A DNA stretch of 63,373 bases, counting the filler, from Reticulomyxa filosa (taxonomy: Eukaryota; Protista; Foraminifera): assembly GCA_000512085.1 (NCBI GenBank). It is 26 parts of 26 records of this genome, joined end to end, with 100 filler letters (N's around TTAATTAATTAA, not from the genome) between each part and the next. Parts side by side here need not be neighbours in the genome. Positions count along the whole stretch, not along the records: positions 50,399 to 60,669 come from ASPP01004802.1; positions 60,770 to 63,373 come from ASPP01003505.1; 24 more parts are not named here. One strand, 5' to 3'. The notes below the pieces were generated by a model that ran no database searches, was not told the origin of the DNA, and saw only the letters and a list, made by a program, of their open reading frames with translations. Below are positions 50,660-63,373 of the stretch, one piece after another (position 1 is the stretch's first letter; each line of letters begins with the position of its first letter). A program made the position numbers and the translations under genes.

Positions 50660-51982
50660 AAAACTTCAAGGAGTCTGCACTTTTCATTCAATTCTTCGGC
50701 TTTCATTTTCGCTGTAACTTCCAACGAAGCAATTTTGCTATTTGTACATATTTTTTTTTTTTGCCGGACATGTACACATACAAACTCTTCTTTCCTTCAC
50801 AAAGCAAGGCAAAGTGCACATACACACCGTTGCAGAGTGCGATTTTTTTCGGCGTAATCTATGCCCTGCTCCTTCTACAAACATGCATTTGAGACTTGTG
50901 TTTTTTCAATATACGAATATGCATACATAAATATATATATGTATATATAAGGTTCAAAAGAAAAAACACATAAACAAACAAAAAGGAGTCCAACCTCCTC
51001 TTCCAACTCTTTTTTGACTTGCTTTAATTCGTTGTTGAATTGTTTCAATTCTTCATCTTTTTTTTGCAACTTTATTTTGTTATGTTATGTTAGGATATGT
51101 TTTGCGTGTTATATTTTTTTATATGATACCATTACAAACATACAAAAAAAAAAAAAAAAAAAAGAATAAAAAAGCACCAACATCAATTTCTGCATTAAGT
51201 TTCAATTTATTCAATTCGCCAGTTTTTTCCTCCTCCTTTTGTTATTATTTTTTTTAAAAAAAAATTTAAAACGAGCAAAATATGTACATATGTATGCTGC
51301 AAAAAAAACAAAAAACAAATCACCTTTGCTAAATCTTCCTTCGCTTTTTGTAATTCGTTTTGTGTTGTCTCCAGTTGTGACTTCAGTGTCTGCAATTCGT
51401 TTTGTGTTGTCTCCAATTGTGACTTCAGTGTTTGCAATTCGTGCTCTGTCGTCTCTAACTGTAACCAAAGTGTGTCACATCCCTCCCTCCATCAATCATA
51501 ACAATACACTCCCCCCCCTCTCTCTCTTGTCCCTCTTGACGTAACTTTTTCTGTCGCATTTTTCAGCTCAAGTTCTTTCTTTTCCAAACTTTTTTTTTAT
51601 TTTAAGTTTTTTTTTTTTTTTTTTGCAAAAAATTGTCGCTTTCTTTTTTGTTTTTTTGAAAAGACTCCAACTTCTTCTTTTGTGTCATCTTTCTCTCGGC
51701 CTCGGACAAGTATTTTAGAAATATCTGACAAATTAGAATCTTTGCGTCGCTTTTATGTTTTGTCCGTTTGTGTTTGTGTTTTCATTGTTTTTTTTTCTCT
51801 CCGCGTTTTTTTTTTTGCTTGTTGTCACTGTCCACTACGTTGGATTTGAACGCAAAAAAAAAGAACAAAACATGGTCCTCTTGTTTTGGATCTTGTTTTG
51901 GAGGAGGAGGTGGAGGTTTTGATGGTAATTTTCTCTCAGTCAGATCAGAGGGCTTCCTTTCCAAATATGCTGATTCTGTCAT
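50660..51982 (-). CDS. Multi-exon coiled-coil protein with an N-terminal polyproline stretch
   Basis: MTESAYLERKPSDLTERKLPSKPPPPPPK, then short heptad exons (LQKKDEELKQFNNELKQVKKELEEE) separated by introns. Confidence 0.6.
51352..51438 (-). repeat. 42-bp tandem duplication encoding (LQTLKSQLETTQNE)x2
   Basis: Directly visible; exactly two heptads per unit. Confidence 0.9.
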
Positions 51983-52306
51983 CTAATCCGTATAAAATGA
52001 TATTTTTTTTTGATATGCACGCAAAAGTTCGAAATTAAAATACATGAACGACAAGGAGACGTCAAGAGTTTTCAAAAAAGATATCCTAATTTTATTTGCT
52101 TTCAAATGGTTGCATGATTGGCTTTGATACAAAAATATTAAAAAAAAAATAGGTTGCTGTATGAAACTTAAAAAAACAAAAAAAAAAGTGGCCAATCTCT
52201 TCAACCAGGTCAATTGAAATTGGGCACAAATTACGAATTATACTCATAAATTAATCAAAAACCATTGGCTTTTTTTTTTTTCACACACTAGCCTTGAGCG
52301 TTTTGT

Positions 52307-54774
52307 CTAAGCAAACAAATTGCCCAGTGTCTGGAAGAAAATGTCAGCGACTTGCGAGTTTCTTTCCGATTGTCCTTTGAATGTAATTTTGCAGTCACCA
52401 TTGGACAAATTGGCAACAATTTCAACGAAATGCAATTCGCCACTAATCTGTTGACGTAATAAAAAAAAAAAAAAAAAAAAAAGAATAATGAAAAATACCT
52501 GCCTACCTACATCTTCACAAATAAAAAATACAGTGTCAAATTTGCGTATACCTCCTGACAGTACAAATACAGTTTCATTTGCACATTGACGGTGCCACTG
52601 GCGACAGTTCGGAAATTGGCATTTTTCAAATAAGATTCAATTTGTTGGGCATTGGAGGCATTCTTTAAACGCCGACTAGTATTGGACACAACAGATAATT
52701 GTTTCCAGGCCTGTTGAAATTGTTGAGGGGTGCATTGTGGTTCGGTATTTAAAGTGAGAATGGAATCGGTTTGCAGCGACAACAAATTGTCGTTATTATC
52801 TTCAAGTCCCAACAAATCGCCCGCGTTATTGTTTTTGTTGTTAGCGATATTGTCGGTAGTTTCCAATTGATCGGTGAGCTGTTCATTAGTATCAGCATCA
52901 TTGGAATGATTTTGATGATTGTTGACATTGTCAGTGGAATCTTGGGTTTTGGTGGTTTCATTAAGTTTTTCGTCGTCCACCTCTTCCTCGTCCTCGCTGT
53001 CTTCAAGTTCGGGTATCTCTTCGCTCACAAACAGTTCACTGGGTTTGCGATACACGACGGCCAACGAGTTAAACTCGTCAAAGATGCGTTTGGTGATTTT
53101 GCGATCGGCCGGGTCTTCAAACACGTCGACCACAGTTTTGGGCGTGTTGATGATTTTGGCGGCCTTGTTTACGTCTGTCTGCAGCAAGCGATAGTAAAAC
53201 ACAGCGCGATCGCGGACATGGATTTTGGTGGTGTCCTGAATGGCCTTGGCGAGCAGTCGTCCCAGCATGGCTTGCACTTCGCCAGGGGTTTTGAAAAACA
53301 GCTTCATCGTGGCGCTGAGCAGTTCGAGTTTGACTTGCGACGACTGTTCGTTGGCATATTCATCAATATACTCTTCCAAAATGTAAGGCGCTTCCGTGAA
53401 GGTATCTCCATATTCTCCAAGCAGCCACAGCACGGCGCACTTGCCATTTTCCTCCTCGACATTTCGCATGTTGGACTTGAGCTGCTGCAGGATCTGTTCA
53501 TACGTTTGCGGATACTTGCGCAGGATATTTTTGACGCACACACACGTTTCGGAAATGACATAATCTTGCGACATTTCCAAGAAAGAGATCAAATGTTGCA
53601 AGGCCGTATTTAACGAATCTTCCACACGAATGGCAATTTTGCCAATCGATTGCACGGCCAGACGTGCAATTTCCACTTGCACATCCGTAATATACTCACT
53701 CAACTCTGCCAAAATCTCCACCGCGTTGCTCTTGTTCGCCACGTTGGCAAGCATTTCCACTTTCAACTCTTTCACGCACGACAGGTCATTGTATCGACAA
53801 TAAAAGTGCTTATAGCAATCGCCAAACAGTTGCGGCTTCTTACGCACGAGCAACGCCATATGCGCCACGACCGGATACGCCAAACTGTGATTTGGATTAC
53901 TCAGCAAAGTCAGCAACGGCGTTTTTATACGTGAATACACTTCCTTATGGATCTTTGGAAGATTCTCGGTGAGTTTCAGAAACACTTTGATGACAGCCAA
54001 CACCAACGCACTGTTGCTATGTCGCAAGCGATCTTCCAGCAAGTTCATAATGTCAAAGATCTCCTTGTTTTCTGACGGCTCATACTTGGCAACGACGCTC
54101 AACACGGTCACTTGTCCCCACTCATTCAACGTATGCAAACGGTTCAATAAATGATGCACAATGGAACGGTTCACACTCATGCCGCCCTCGTCCACCAAAA
54201 TCTCGTTCAAAGCGTGCACCGCATTAATACATACCCCGGGATCGTTGTCTTTGATAATGTTATATAAAATATCAATCAAATCCGATTTCTTCACCATGTC
54301 CGGTGCAATTGCGAATAATTTACCCACTCCCATCACCGCGGTTTTGCGCACGTATGCACTCGCGTCCGTCAACCCATTTCGAATCGGTGTCATTATGTAT
54401 TCCACCAAATTGCCCACACGCAACGAACATAAATAACGCAATGCGAATCCCCGGATCATTGGGTCATCGTCTTTACAATCGCGCTGCAATGTGTTCACTG
54501 CCAACAACGCCACATCCGGCTGCTTCTCCGCGTAAGTACACAGGTACAAATACACCATCTTCTTTTGCACAAAGTCACGTGTGTTCGTTGCCATCACCAT
54601 GTCGCTAAATAAACTCGATACATCTATGCCCAATGTCATATACGCTATCACCTTCTTTATCACTTCGCGCTTTGCCTTTGGGTCTTGATCCAACTTTGAA
54701 TTTCGCAATTGCTGCTTCAATTCCAACACTTCACCACGTTTGTGGTCCACAAAGTAGCTACCGTCTCCACTCAT
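52307..54774 (-). CDS. AP4B1: Adaptor protein complex AP-4 beta subunit (exons 54774-52552, 52447-52307)
   Basis: Beta-adaptin trunk KREVIKKVIAYMTLGIDVS, QKKMVYLYL, DPMIRGFALRYLCSLRV (beta-4-like), VRDRAVFYYRLL and FNSLAVVY; acidic hinge; short appendage completed by the exon ISGELHFVEIV...GNLFA*. Confidence 0.88.
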
Positions 54775-56114
54775 TATATATTTTCTGTCTTTTTTTTTTA
54801 TTATGTGCCTTTTTTCCCAGAGAGATTTTTTTTTCCTTTCTCTCTTCTGCGCTTTTTTTTTTTATTTCGACAAAAAAAAAAGAAACAAGTCAATCTCTTA
54901 AGACGTGTGTCGTTCTTTCAAAAACAAAGGGCCTATTTCAGGCTTCGGTAATTTATACACAAGATAAGAACTCATCTATACCATATGAAGTAAAACACTT
55001 ACAATTAAAAACTTTACTTCAAAGCCAAGGTCGACATACAATCTTCTTTTGAAAGAAACATCTAAGAAAAAAAAGACTCCACTCTTCATCTGGAAGGTAA
55101 TTAATAAGTTTTCACTCGAACTTGAAAGCTGAGCCTTTGAAAAACAAAAAAAGCGGGCTGTGCACATTTAGTTTATATCATTTGATATTGTTCCAATTTA
55201 TTTAAGAAGAGATTTGTAACACAATACGCTATTTTAATAGTATCAAAAAACATTCCAAAACTCAATTAATTAATGATGTTTGAGTTGCGACCAAGCGAGC
55301 AAGACGGTAACGACCGAAATACTTAGAAAATGCGAATTATTTCCAAAATATATTTACATTGTTTTTTGTTTGTTCAAAATAAAAGGAAGCATAAGTATTA
55401 ATGCCAAAAGGAAAGCTTGTCAAAATCAATTTGACATTGTCACCAAGTTATATTATTGCATTTTTTTATTGTGCTATTCAGATGGCAAGTACTTAAAAAA
55501 AATCGGAAGTGTTTTAGTAATTTTTTCTTAGATAGGAAAAAAAAAAGGATGAGCAACTGAACCCAAAAAAAAAGATTATTGCAATTTAATGTTTTTTTTT
55601 TTTTTTTGAAAGACTAAAAGGAAGGAAAAATGAGAAAGAGAAAAAAAAACAAAAAGTGTTATGTTGGATGAAATGTAGATTTTCATCGCTGAAACTAATC
55701 GCCACTGAAAATAAAACACCACAATTTTTGTCAAAAGATGGTCAAGAAAACAATATCAATGTAAGCCACAATAAAAAAAGAATAAGATGATATTGCAAAA
55801 AAAAAAATTACATGCAATATACATATGTATATATATGTTTATATGCTTAAGACGTGAATATGAAATATAAAACAAAATAAACAGAGAATATGTGTAAGAA
55901 ATGAAGATCATTGTGTCGGAACAGCAACAAGCAGTAAACAAAAGTGTAGTGTATTGAATCGACACTTGGACAGCTCTATTTTTTGGCTATCAAATAATTG
56001 TTTGCAAAGTAAGATGGACTTGAATTCTTTGCGCGAGTTTCAGGCGATGGAAGCTTTGTGGAAAAACAAAATAGCTATAATTATTTTTTTGAGAAGCCGA
56101 AGCTACTTGGAGGC

Positions 56115-57291
56115 ATGGGACGCAAATCCGAGAAAACTGTCACGAAGCCACTCCCATATGTTTCGAATTAATTTGCATGTTTTAAGTACTTTACATCTGG
56201 AATTCATTTTATCTATGTAATACGTACAACACAGAAAAAGAGTCCTGTCCAAATGCTTGTGCGATTTTGGCTTCGAAGATGTATGCTTGTTTGTCCAGAT
56301 CAGGCAAAAGAATTCATTACAATTATTGCAAAATATGTTGGGTTTTTGATTTGTTTCATTATGTCTAAGTTTTTATATTCATTAAAAAAAAAAAAAAAAG
56401 CAAATAAAAAATGCAATACAAAAGGCAAAATATTTTGGGGAAGTGAAAGTTTTTGAAGATCATGAGGAGGCTTTAAATGCGAAAATTGCTTCTGATGGCC
56501 ATGTTATATTGAGTAAAGGTGTTGAGTATTTAACAATATTCGATTTAACATTGGCGAAGCAGTTGGAACTACAAAATCCACTTGGGGTACAACTTTCACC
56601 AGATGGGGGCATTTCTGCATCATGGGGTTGGTCAGGTCCCATCCGATTGGTAGATGTGAAATCAAACACAGAATTGGGCTCTTTTCTGGAAAAAGTCTAT
56701 AATATTCGATCTGCAAATTTTTCGCCAGATGGCCGAATCCTTCTGGTATGTGTTGGGGATGTTATCAGCATATGGGATGCCACATCACAAAGCCTGGTTC
56801 ACGATATAAAAGTAGAAAAAACTGATTTTGAAGAAGCTCAAGTGTCATCAGATGGTTGTACTTTTGTGATATGGACAAGGAGTGAAGAGATCAAAGTTTG
56901 GGATGCGAAATCACAACAAGTGGTACAAAGTCTGATTGGACACTCACGTTGGGTCATGGGAACAAGCTTTTCATGGGATTGTAAACGACTTTTGTCGTGG
57001 TCTTTGGATCAGACAATTCGAATATGGGATGTCGCAACAGGAAATCAGTTGCAAGTATTTGAAGGACATGTAGACTATGTAACGCAAGCACAATTCTCAC
57101 CAGATGAACAATTTGTTGTATCTTCATCAGCAGATAAAACAATTCGAATTTGGGACGTCAAATCAGGAAGGCAAGTCCAAAAATTAGAAGGGCATTCCGC
57201 TGGTGTTGATGGAGTACAATTTTCAGTTGATGGCGATGCTTTGGTATCCTGGTCTTCAGATAACACGGTCAGAGTATGGGAGTCTTTGTGA
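56115..57291 (+). CDS. WD40 beta-propeller protein, 3 exons (56115-56159, 56235-56336, 56425-57291)
   Basis: GH...FSPD...SSSADKTIRIWD repeats. Exon 2 encodes KKSPVQMLVRFWLRRCMLVCPDQAKEFITIIAKY; exon 3 starts AKYFGEVKVFEDH, parallel to [13 protein letters not shown] in the 36181 gene. Confidence 0.9.
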
Positions 57292-59948
57292 AAGTGCCAA
57301 AATAAATTACTACGAATGGGGATAATGCAAAAATTTGATTTAAGTAAAGTCAACAACGACTCAAAAATGATTAGCCCCAATCAAAAGACTATTTCATGAT
57401 TATTTTTTGGTTCAACTGTTAAATATACTTATTGACAGTGATTGCTCTTTATTTTGAAATTAAAGTTCTATCGAAGAACTTACTTTTTTGTTAAGAAAGA
57501 AATATAATTGTTTTATAATATATTCACGAATAACTTAAAACCTCGGAAATTTTTTTGCTTATGACTTGGTTTGTAAGTTTTTTCATTATAAAAATATTTA
57601 GCTTCCTATTTTTATTCCGTCCATAAAGTTGCAAATCTTCTTTCGGCAAGATGTGTCGAGAAGATATCGCACTCAATAATCACTTTAGTCAATATAACAA
57701 CCTTGAATAAGATAGTCTGACTTTAGTTAAAAACAAAACTACAATAATGTTACTTTTTTTCTTCTAAAAAGTTATTTAATACACAAATCTTTTATTAATC
57801 ACAAATATACTTGTTTTTCAGATTTTTTTGTTGAAGCATATTTCTAAGTCCAAATTAAAAGTCGTCGGTTGAGTCCTTATTCTTTTATTCATGACAGCAT
57901 CAAATCTTTTTAATGGAAATGAATTTAATCTTTTTATAACTATCATTGCTATTGCCATTATAATGATTGTCTGTTCTTGTGGTAGAAGAACACAATGTTT
58001 GTCCGTTGGTCCAGTTTCATGCGTTCAACAAATCTACAATTCAAGTCTGCCTCTGACCTGTGCTGCGTCGCAAATAATATTTAAATAATTGTTGTTGATG
58101 TTGTTGTGGCTACTGCAGTTATAAATACTCAACATCGTCTAATAAAATTTGAAACCATGCAATGTTTCAAACATTGGAGATCACAGTAACATGAATGTTG
58201 TTCAATGAGACCGAGCCCAACAGCGAATTTTGTGTTTTTTTCATCATTGCAGTTGAGCTTTCATACTGGTTTATAATTTTTACTTTCGCTGTTTTCAGAT
58301 TACTGATTGCTTTCGTTCTGGTCCATTCGCTTGCATTCTATCATTTTATTATTTACATATGCAAAAGCTTGATTGCAATAAAGGTGAAAACTAAAAAACA
58401 TGAATTCTTTTGTGTTTGTTTGGCTTTTTTTTAAAGAGAATGTACTTACTTGTTTCAACAGATACTTGTGATACATTGACTGTTGGCAATTGATTTCTGT
58501 TATAATAAGTTAGTATATATATCTATTGCGCCGTTATCAAATTCAGTTCGTCAATCATAAAATATAAAATTTCTTTGTCGTGAGGATTTGATACCTTATT
58601 CCAAAGACTTTCAAAATCAATTATTTTGAATTTTGCAGTCACTTTGTCTACGTTATACCAACTGCGTACGCCTGGCAGATATTCTTTCAAGAGACAACTT
58701 GTCTTTTTTCATAATAATGTGTTGTAGCATCCTTGTTATCTATAAGAAAAGTAAGCAACAAAAAATATCAATCTAAATTTCATTTAAGAAGAATTTTTTC
58801 TTTTGACTAGGTTTTTTTCTTTCACAAAGCATAAAATCAAATTTTTATTAAATTTTTCAAAAAACAAATACAAAACATTTTGAACTTCATAAAAAAAATT
58901 TCTAAAAGAAGTGTAAAAAAAGTACAAAACATTTACAAATACAAAAATAACCAAAAAAATTAATGTCATTTTGTGAATAACATCAATATATATTTTAAAA
59001 AAACTTCACTAAACCTCACACATTGTCCAATAAGGGTAGTTTGGAGTATATCTCCAATACCTTTATTTTTACAGTCCCATTTTTTCTTTTTAAGAAAAAG
59101 GGAAAGGAGACGGCCGCTTACCGGCAATATGGAATTTTTCCATATTTTTTTTCGTTTTGTGAAAAAATTCGTCTCCTCATAACTTCTTTAAATGAAATCC
59201 TCAAAGTATTTTAGTCTGGTCCGGTGTAATAGTGAAAATGGCTATTGAAAGAAAAGTTTAAGAGAAACTCGAAACATGTCAATTATGGAAACGAATTAAT
59301 AACTAGCATACCAGTCAAACAGATTCGTCATGGACACTACATTATATATCACGAACAAATTCACATCGTTATTTTGTTCGTATGATTTGAATTTCGAGCA
59401 GACACATGTATTTGAATATTCATTGAAACGAGTGGTTTCAGTTCCATTCGATGAAATGCCATCGATATTTCCATGTCAGTGTGCGTTTGCGATTGGGGGT
59501 TCTTATCAACTTTGGCGGGTGGATATAATCGGTCGGCATTCCATTGAATGCTCAAATATGGCAATTAAAATGCTGGAGTTTGGATATCAAAGATGGACAA
59601 CTTTACTTTTGCCTCAAATCGTGTTGCCAACAGCCAATAGCTTTTTGTGTCGATGCACAAAGAGGGCATGTTTTTGGAGTGTAATTTTGTCAAGCCCTTT
59701 GACCTTTCATATGTGTCCAGATCATGGCATATCCTTCGTAACACATCCACAACCAATCTTCACATTCAACCCCTTCAAAGGCATATACCTTTGTTTTGAT
59801 TTCACCAGTGCTTAGATTTTTTACATTTCAGTAATAATGTAATTTGCAGAAATCAAAAATAATACAACAAAACCTCTGTACTACTTGTTTTTTTTTTTGA
59901 AAAAAGGCTGCTAAACTTTTAAAATAATAATCCCTCCTTTTAAAAAAA

Positions 59949-60530
59949 ATGGCAGAAGAAGAAGCAGTAAAAAAGCAAAAAATGGTGTGATAACTTCGTT
60001 ATGGTCGCTATTGGAAGGACCACAAGCAGCAAAGGTGAAGATGGGTTTGCTGGCGGGTACAGCGGCAGCGACTGCAATAGGAGGCGCAGCATTGTATGTG
60101 GCGTTTCGACCAAAGAAGCACCCCAACGTACCAAACCTGAATGTGCCAGAATCAGCGCTGTTGGGACATATGCCATTTATCGAGGAGGGCTACAAAAACA
60201 AGTGCTTACACGAGGATTTTTACGACGCATTTGTGAAAACCAAGTCCTTGACAGTCAATCTGTCGTTGCCGGTGCATCAATGTAGTTTAGTGACGACCGA
60301 CCCCGATATAATCCGATTTGTATTCGACACAGAGTTTGAGTCTTTTGAAAAGAGTGCCATCCAAAGAGAAAGATGGTATCAAGTCTTAGGTATTTAAATA
60401 TATACATACATATATGTGTATACATGTATGTATATATTATATGATTTTACAAATCGTTTATCATTTTACTTTATATGTAAAACATATGTACGTATAAAGG
60501 TGATGGAATTTTATGTCTGATCCGCCAAAG
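59949..60530 (+). CDS. Cytochrome P450 (CYP86/CYP704-like), 5' part; homopolymer frameshifts
   Basis: N-terminal TM anchor, basic/Pro-rich hinge (RPKKHPNVP...LLGH), LVTTDPDIIRFVFDTEFESFEK...VLG, then an intron and |GDGIF(M)SD (pattern VTADP.NV..IL..NF.NYPKG...LLGDGIF.SD). Confidence 0.82.
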
Positions 60531-60629
60531 GTATATATGTGTCCATGTTTGTTCGGTCGTATCGATTGGATGACCACACTATAGCTGTGATTAATTTGGA
60601 TTGTCAATCATTGTTGTAAAGATTGCCTG

Positions 60630-60669
<40 letters not shown>

Positions 60670-63373
60670 NNNNNNNNNNNNNNNNNNNNNNNNNNNNNNN
60701 NNNNNNNNNNNNNTTAATTAATTAANNNNNNNNNNNNNNNNNNNNNNNNNNNNNNNNNNNNNNNNNNNNTTTTTTTTTTTTTGTAACTGAGGTTCGAAAA
60801 GAGCTTACAGCAACAGGATTGGAACCTTGTAAGAGAAAACCAGTTGCGTGAACGGAATGAAGTTTTTTTCTTTTTAGCAAACAATTGGTTGAGCAATTTT
60901 TCTTTTGTCAGTGTGTTATAGTTTATCACCAGATACAGAAAAGATAGCCAAAAGAGATTTTTGGAAAATTTTTCATTGGATTTTGAAACAATATATCATA
61001 GTACTCAGCACAAACTTAATAAACAACGGAGTGTTTATTCATATAAAATGCATACAATTTCAGATATCCAAACGCATTATCATTTTCATATATCCAATCT
61101 AAAATCTTCAATTGCTATGAAACAGTAGCAACATTCACTCTTCTCTTTTACCCCATTTCAGATTTGAATACAATTAAGAAAATTTATACTGCATGACCAA
61201 TAAAATAGCGTGTTTAATAAATTGAAGTAATCCAATTGAAATGCATACATTATCAATAGGAGAAGTGATAAATGGCCTTCTAAGTAAGCCAAATTGAATC
61301 ACATTTCTTTTTTCATTATGCATCAATTTTTTATCTTTGTATTACTTCATGTCTTCAATTTCCTTTTATTTTTTCCAAATATGGCCAACTGCACGGTTAT
61401 TCACTTTAGGATAATGTGCAACTAATGACTGGATCAATACGCAAATACAAAGATAATTGCATTGGATTAGAAGATTATGAAGCTATCAATTAATAATTAT
61501 CCAAAAATTAATATTGATTATATGAAAAAATATTCAAGTAAAATGTTTGCAAAAAACATTACCAATAAGTAGTTTATTGTCATATCGTTTTTATACGTTA
61601 TTTGGTGCAAAAAAATTGAGAAACAGTTGATTTTACAATTGGTCATGTTAAACAAAACAATATGGTGAATTCAATGAAAAAACTACCAACACATGTGACG
61701 ATAAGCAGATCAAAAGAAGGAAGATTTTTGTCATATTCAATAGTAGAAAATTGGTGAGTTGCATTACAAAGACTGTACTGAACAACATGAGATTGCTATA
61801 ATGACTATACAAAAGGTATTGAGAGATTTGTAGCGTATGTGCACCAATTTCTGTATTTGAACATCATACCCTTGCACCCTTCGTAGAGGAATGCAACAGA
61901 GAGAAAAGACTGCTTATTTTCTTATTGGAACGGAGGCACAGTTATTTCGATTTTTTCAAATTTCAGTCAAAAAATTGTATGTTGTGTACTGTATGTAATT
62001 TTGGTATTTTAATGACATTGATATAGCGAACGAATACAAAGGTTTTGTCAATATCTCGTCATTGCATTACATAACTAGACAATGATGCAATCCCCACAAT
62101 AAAGCATCTTTCTATACCAGCAGCTATGAAACACTTGTTCTTTCTTTTGTTGAAAATTACTGTAGTTTGCTTTTCCCATTTTTTGTTTTTTAATTGGAAA
62201 TTATTTTTGACTTTATCCATTAGCCTTTTTATTTGAGCAGGCTGAGATTAGCTTGAAAAGAATTTTGAAACTTTTTTTCTGCATTTGGCTATTGCGAATG
62301 TATGTAAAACAAAGTGCAACAAATCCATTTTTCCAATTCTCAGCATTGCTGCAAATCATTTACCTTCATTGCTCATTCGATGTTCTTCTGAGGGGACAAA
62401 CTGAGTAGAAAATATTGAGTTGAGACTTTAAGTTGTTGGCAACAGCATGAAATCCACCCTGGCGATGGTGATTCCACTTTTATTAAATGTGTTCAGTGTG
62501 GTGTCAAGTGCAAATAATGAGTTCAACTGGGAACAGACAAACACGTTTGGGCCATTACGACAATATAAATATATTTACAACATCAAGGAACAAGAATTGA
62601 TAACATGGAGACGTGTGCAATATTCACAAGTCAATGGCATGCTAATCGTATTGTTGGTGCAAATTTCCAATAAGGAGCCAATACCATCAAAGAGCGAAAG
62701 TATACGTATTCCTCGGAACAAGCTATCGATCAATCCAAAGGAATCCAATAAGAATCCAAATAACAAAACGCCTTCAATAAATATGTTCAAGTATATGTCG
62801 ACAATCTCAGCAGCGTTTTATAAATTGGCCTTCAAATCGACATTATCCAGGTAAATAACATTGAGCAAAAGATCAAATGTGAAAAAAAAAATGTTCATTA
62901 AAAAAAAAAAGTGTACGTTTACGTATATCGGAGATAATAATGAAAGTATAGATCGACATATAAGTAATTTGACTCAAAATGATTTCAAAAAATAATAATA
63001 ATGACAAAAATAATAGTGCACTTACGAATGGCGAAGTGGAAGTGTTAATGACACTAATATCGAATGAAATACGCAGAAGATGCCAACAATCAGGAATGAA
63101 CAGTACATTCAATGCACGATTTGCAATCAATTGTCCCATTTACCACATCGACACGAGCGCAGAACTCAGCTGCAAACGCTGTATATCGTCGCAGCAAATT
63201 TGTCATTGCAACGTATCGATGCCTAATTCTTATCATCGACTTGCACAACTTCACAGGCTATGTTGCAAGTGTTATCCAATTATACAATGTTAAGTTGTTT
63301 TTTTTTTTTTTTTTTAAAAAAGCAAACAAATAAAAAAATTGTATATACCATACAGATCGTCAAGATATACTTA

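Larger units (their letters stand above)
2829..60769. other. 25 artificial 100-nt contig linkers (N44-TTAATTAATTAA-N44) starting at 2829, 4623, 6564, 11930, 13582, 15199, 16486, 19349, 20604, 22296, 23870, 25038, 26581, 27756, 30633, 33182, 35757, 38131, 40095, 41757, 45026, 46727, 48205, 50299, 60670
   Basis: Identical N-padded 12-mer with stops in all six frames; sequence composition and gene content change abruptly across each linker. Confidence 0.99.

Noticed and set aside
52771-53613. 280-aa plus-strand ORF
   Set aside because: Antisense shadow of the beta-adaptin coding sequence.
2829-60769. Regularly recurring TTAATTAATTAA as a biological repeat or CRISPR-like array; ORFs ending in XXX-LIN
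   Set aside because: It is always embedded in exactly 44+44 Ns, so it is an artificial six-frame stop linker.
62447-63293. ORFs of 135 and 104 aa, the latter Cys-rich
   Set aside because: No recognisable zinc-finger spacing or consistent exon structure.
1-63373. tRNA/rRNA genes, transposases, CRISPR arrays
   Set aside because: None recognised by eye; a tRNAscan/Infernal/RepeatMasker run would be needed to exclude them.

Overview
This window is not one locus. It is a pseudo-scaffold of 26 short contigs joined by 25 identical 100-nt linkers (N44-TTAATTAATTAA-N44, a stop in all six frames), so adjacency across linkers means nothing. Almost all contigs come from an AT-rich eukaryote with short GT-AG introns. 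The polyubiquitin junction insertion (GG-A-MQIF pattern), the divergent tubulin and the expanded WD40/Kelch/NACHT families point to a rhizarian, most likely a foraminiferan such as Reticulomyxa filosa (inference). Recognisable genes: RPB2 3' end, AP-4 beta-adaptin, a Sec7 ArfGEF, an inositol 5-phosphatase, a cytochrome P450 5' end, an intron-containing MMPL/RND transporter, a NACHT NTPase, a HEAT-repeat protein, four WD40 genes and two Kelch-like genes. There are also pseudogene fragments (ubiquitin, alpha-tubulin, CAP-Gly, RNF213-like AAA+). One GC-rich contig (23970-25037) is bacterial (alphaproteobacterial dapD). The most interesting signal is missed by the ORF track: a 33-35 aa module (IIxxWIRxLxIKLGWIxDFxKIIxKY) encoded by its own phase-0 exon. 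It is exon 2 of all four WD40 genes and the last exon of a Kelch gene, and a divergent form precedes a SPRY-like domain. I infer an exon-shuffled, F-box/SOCS-box-like adaptor for a lineage-expanded ubiquitin-ligase substrate-receptor repertoire.
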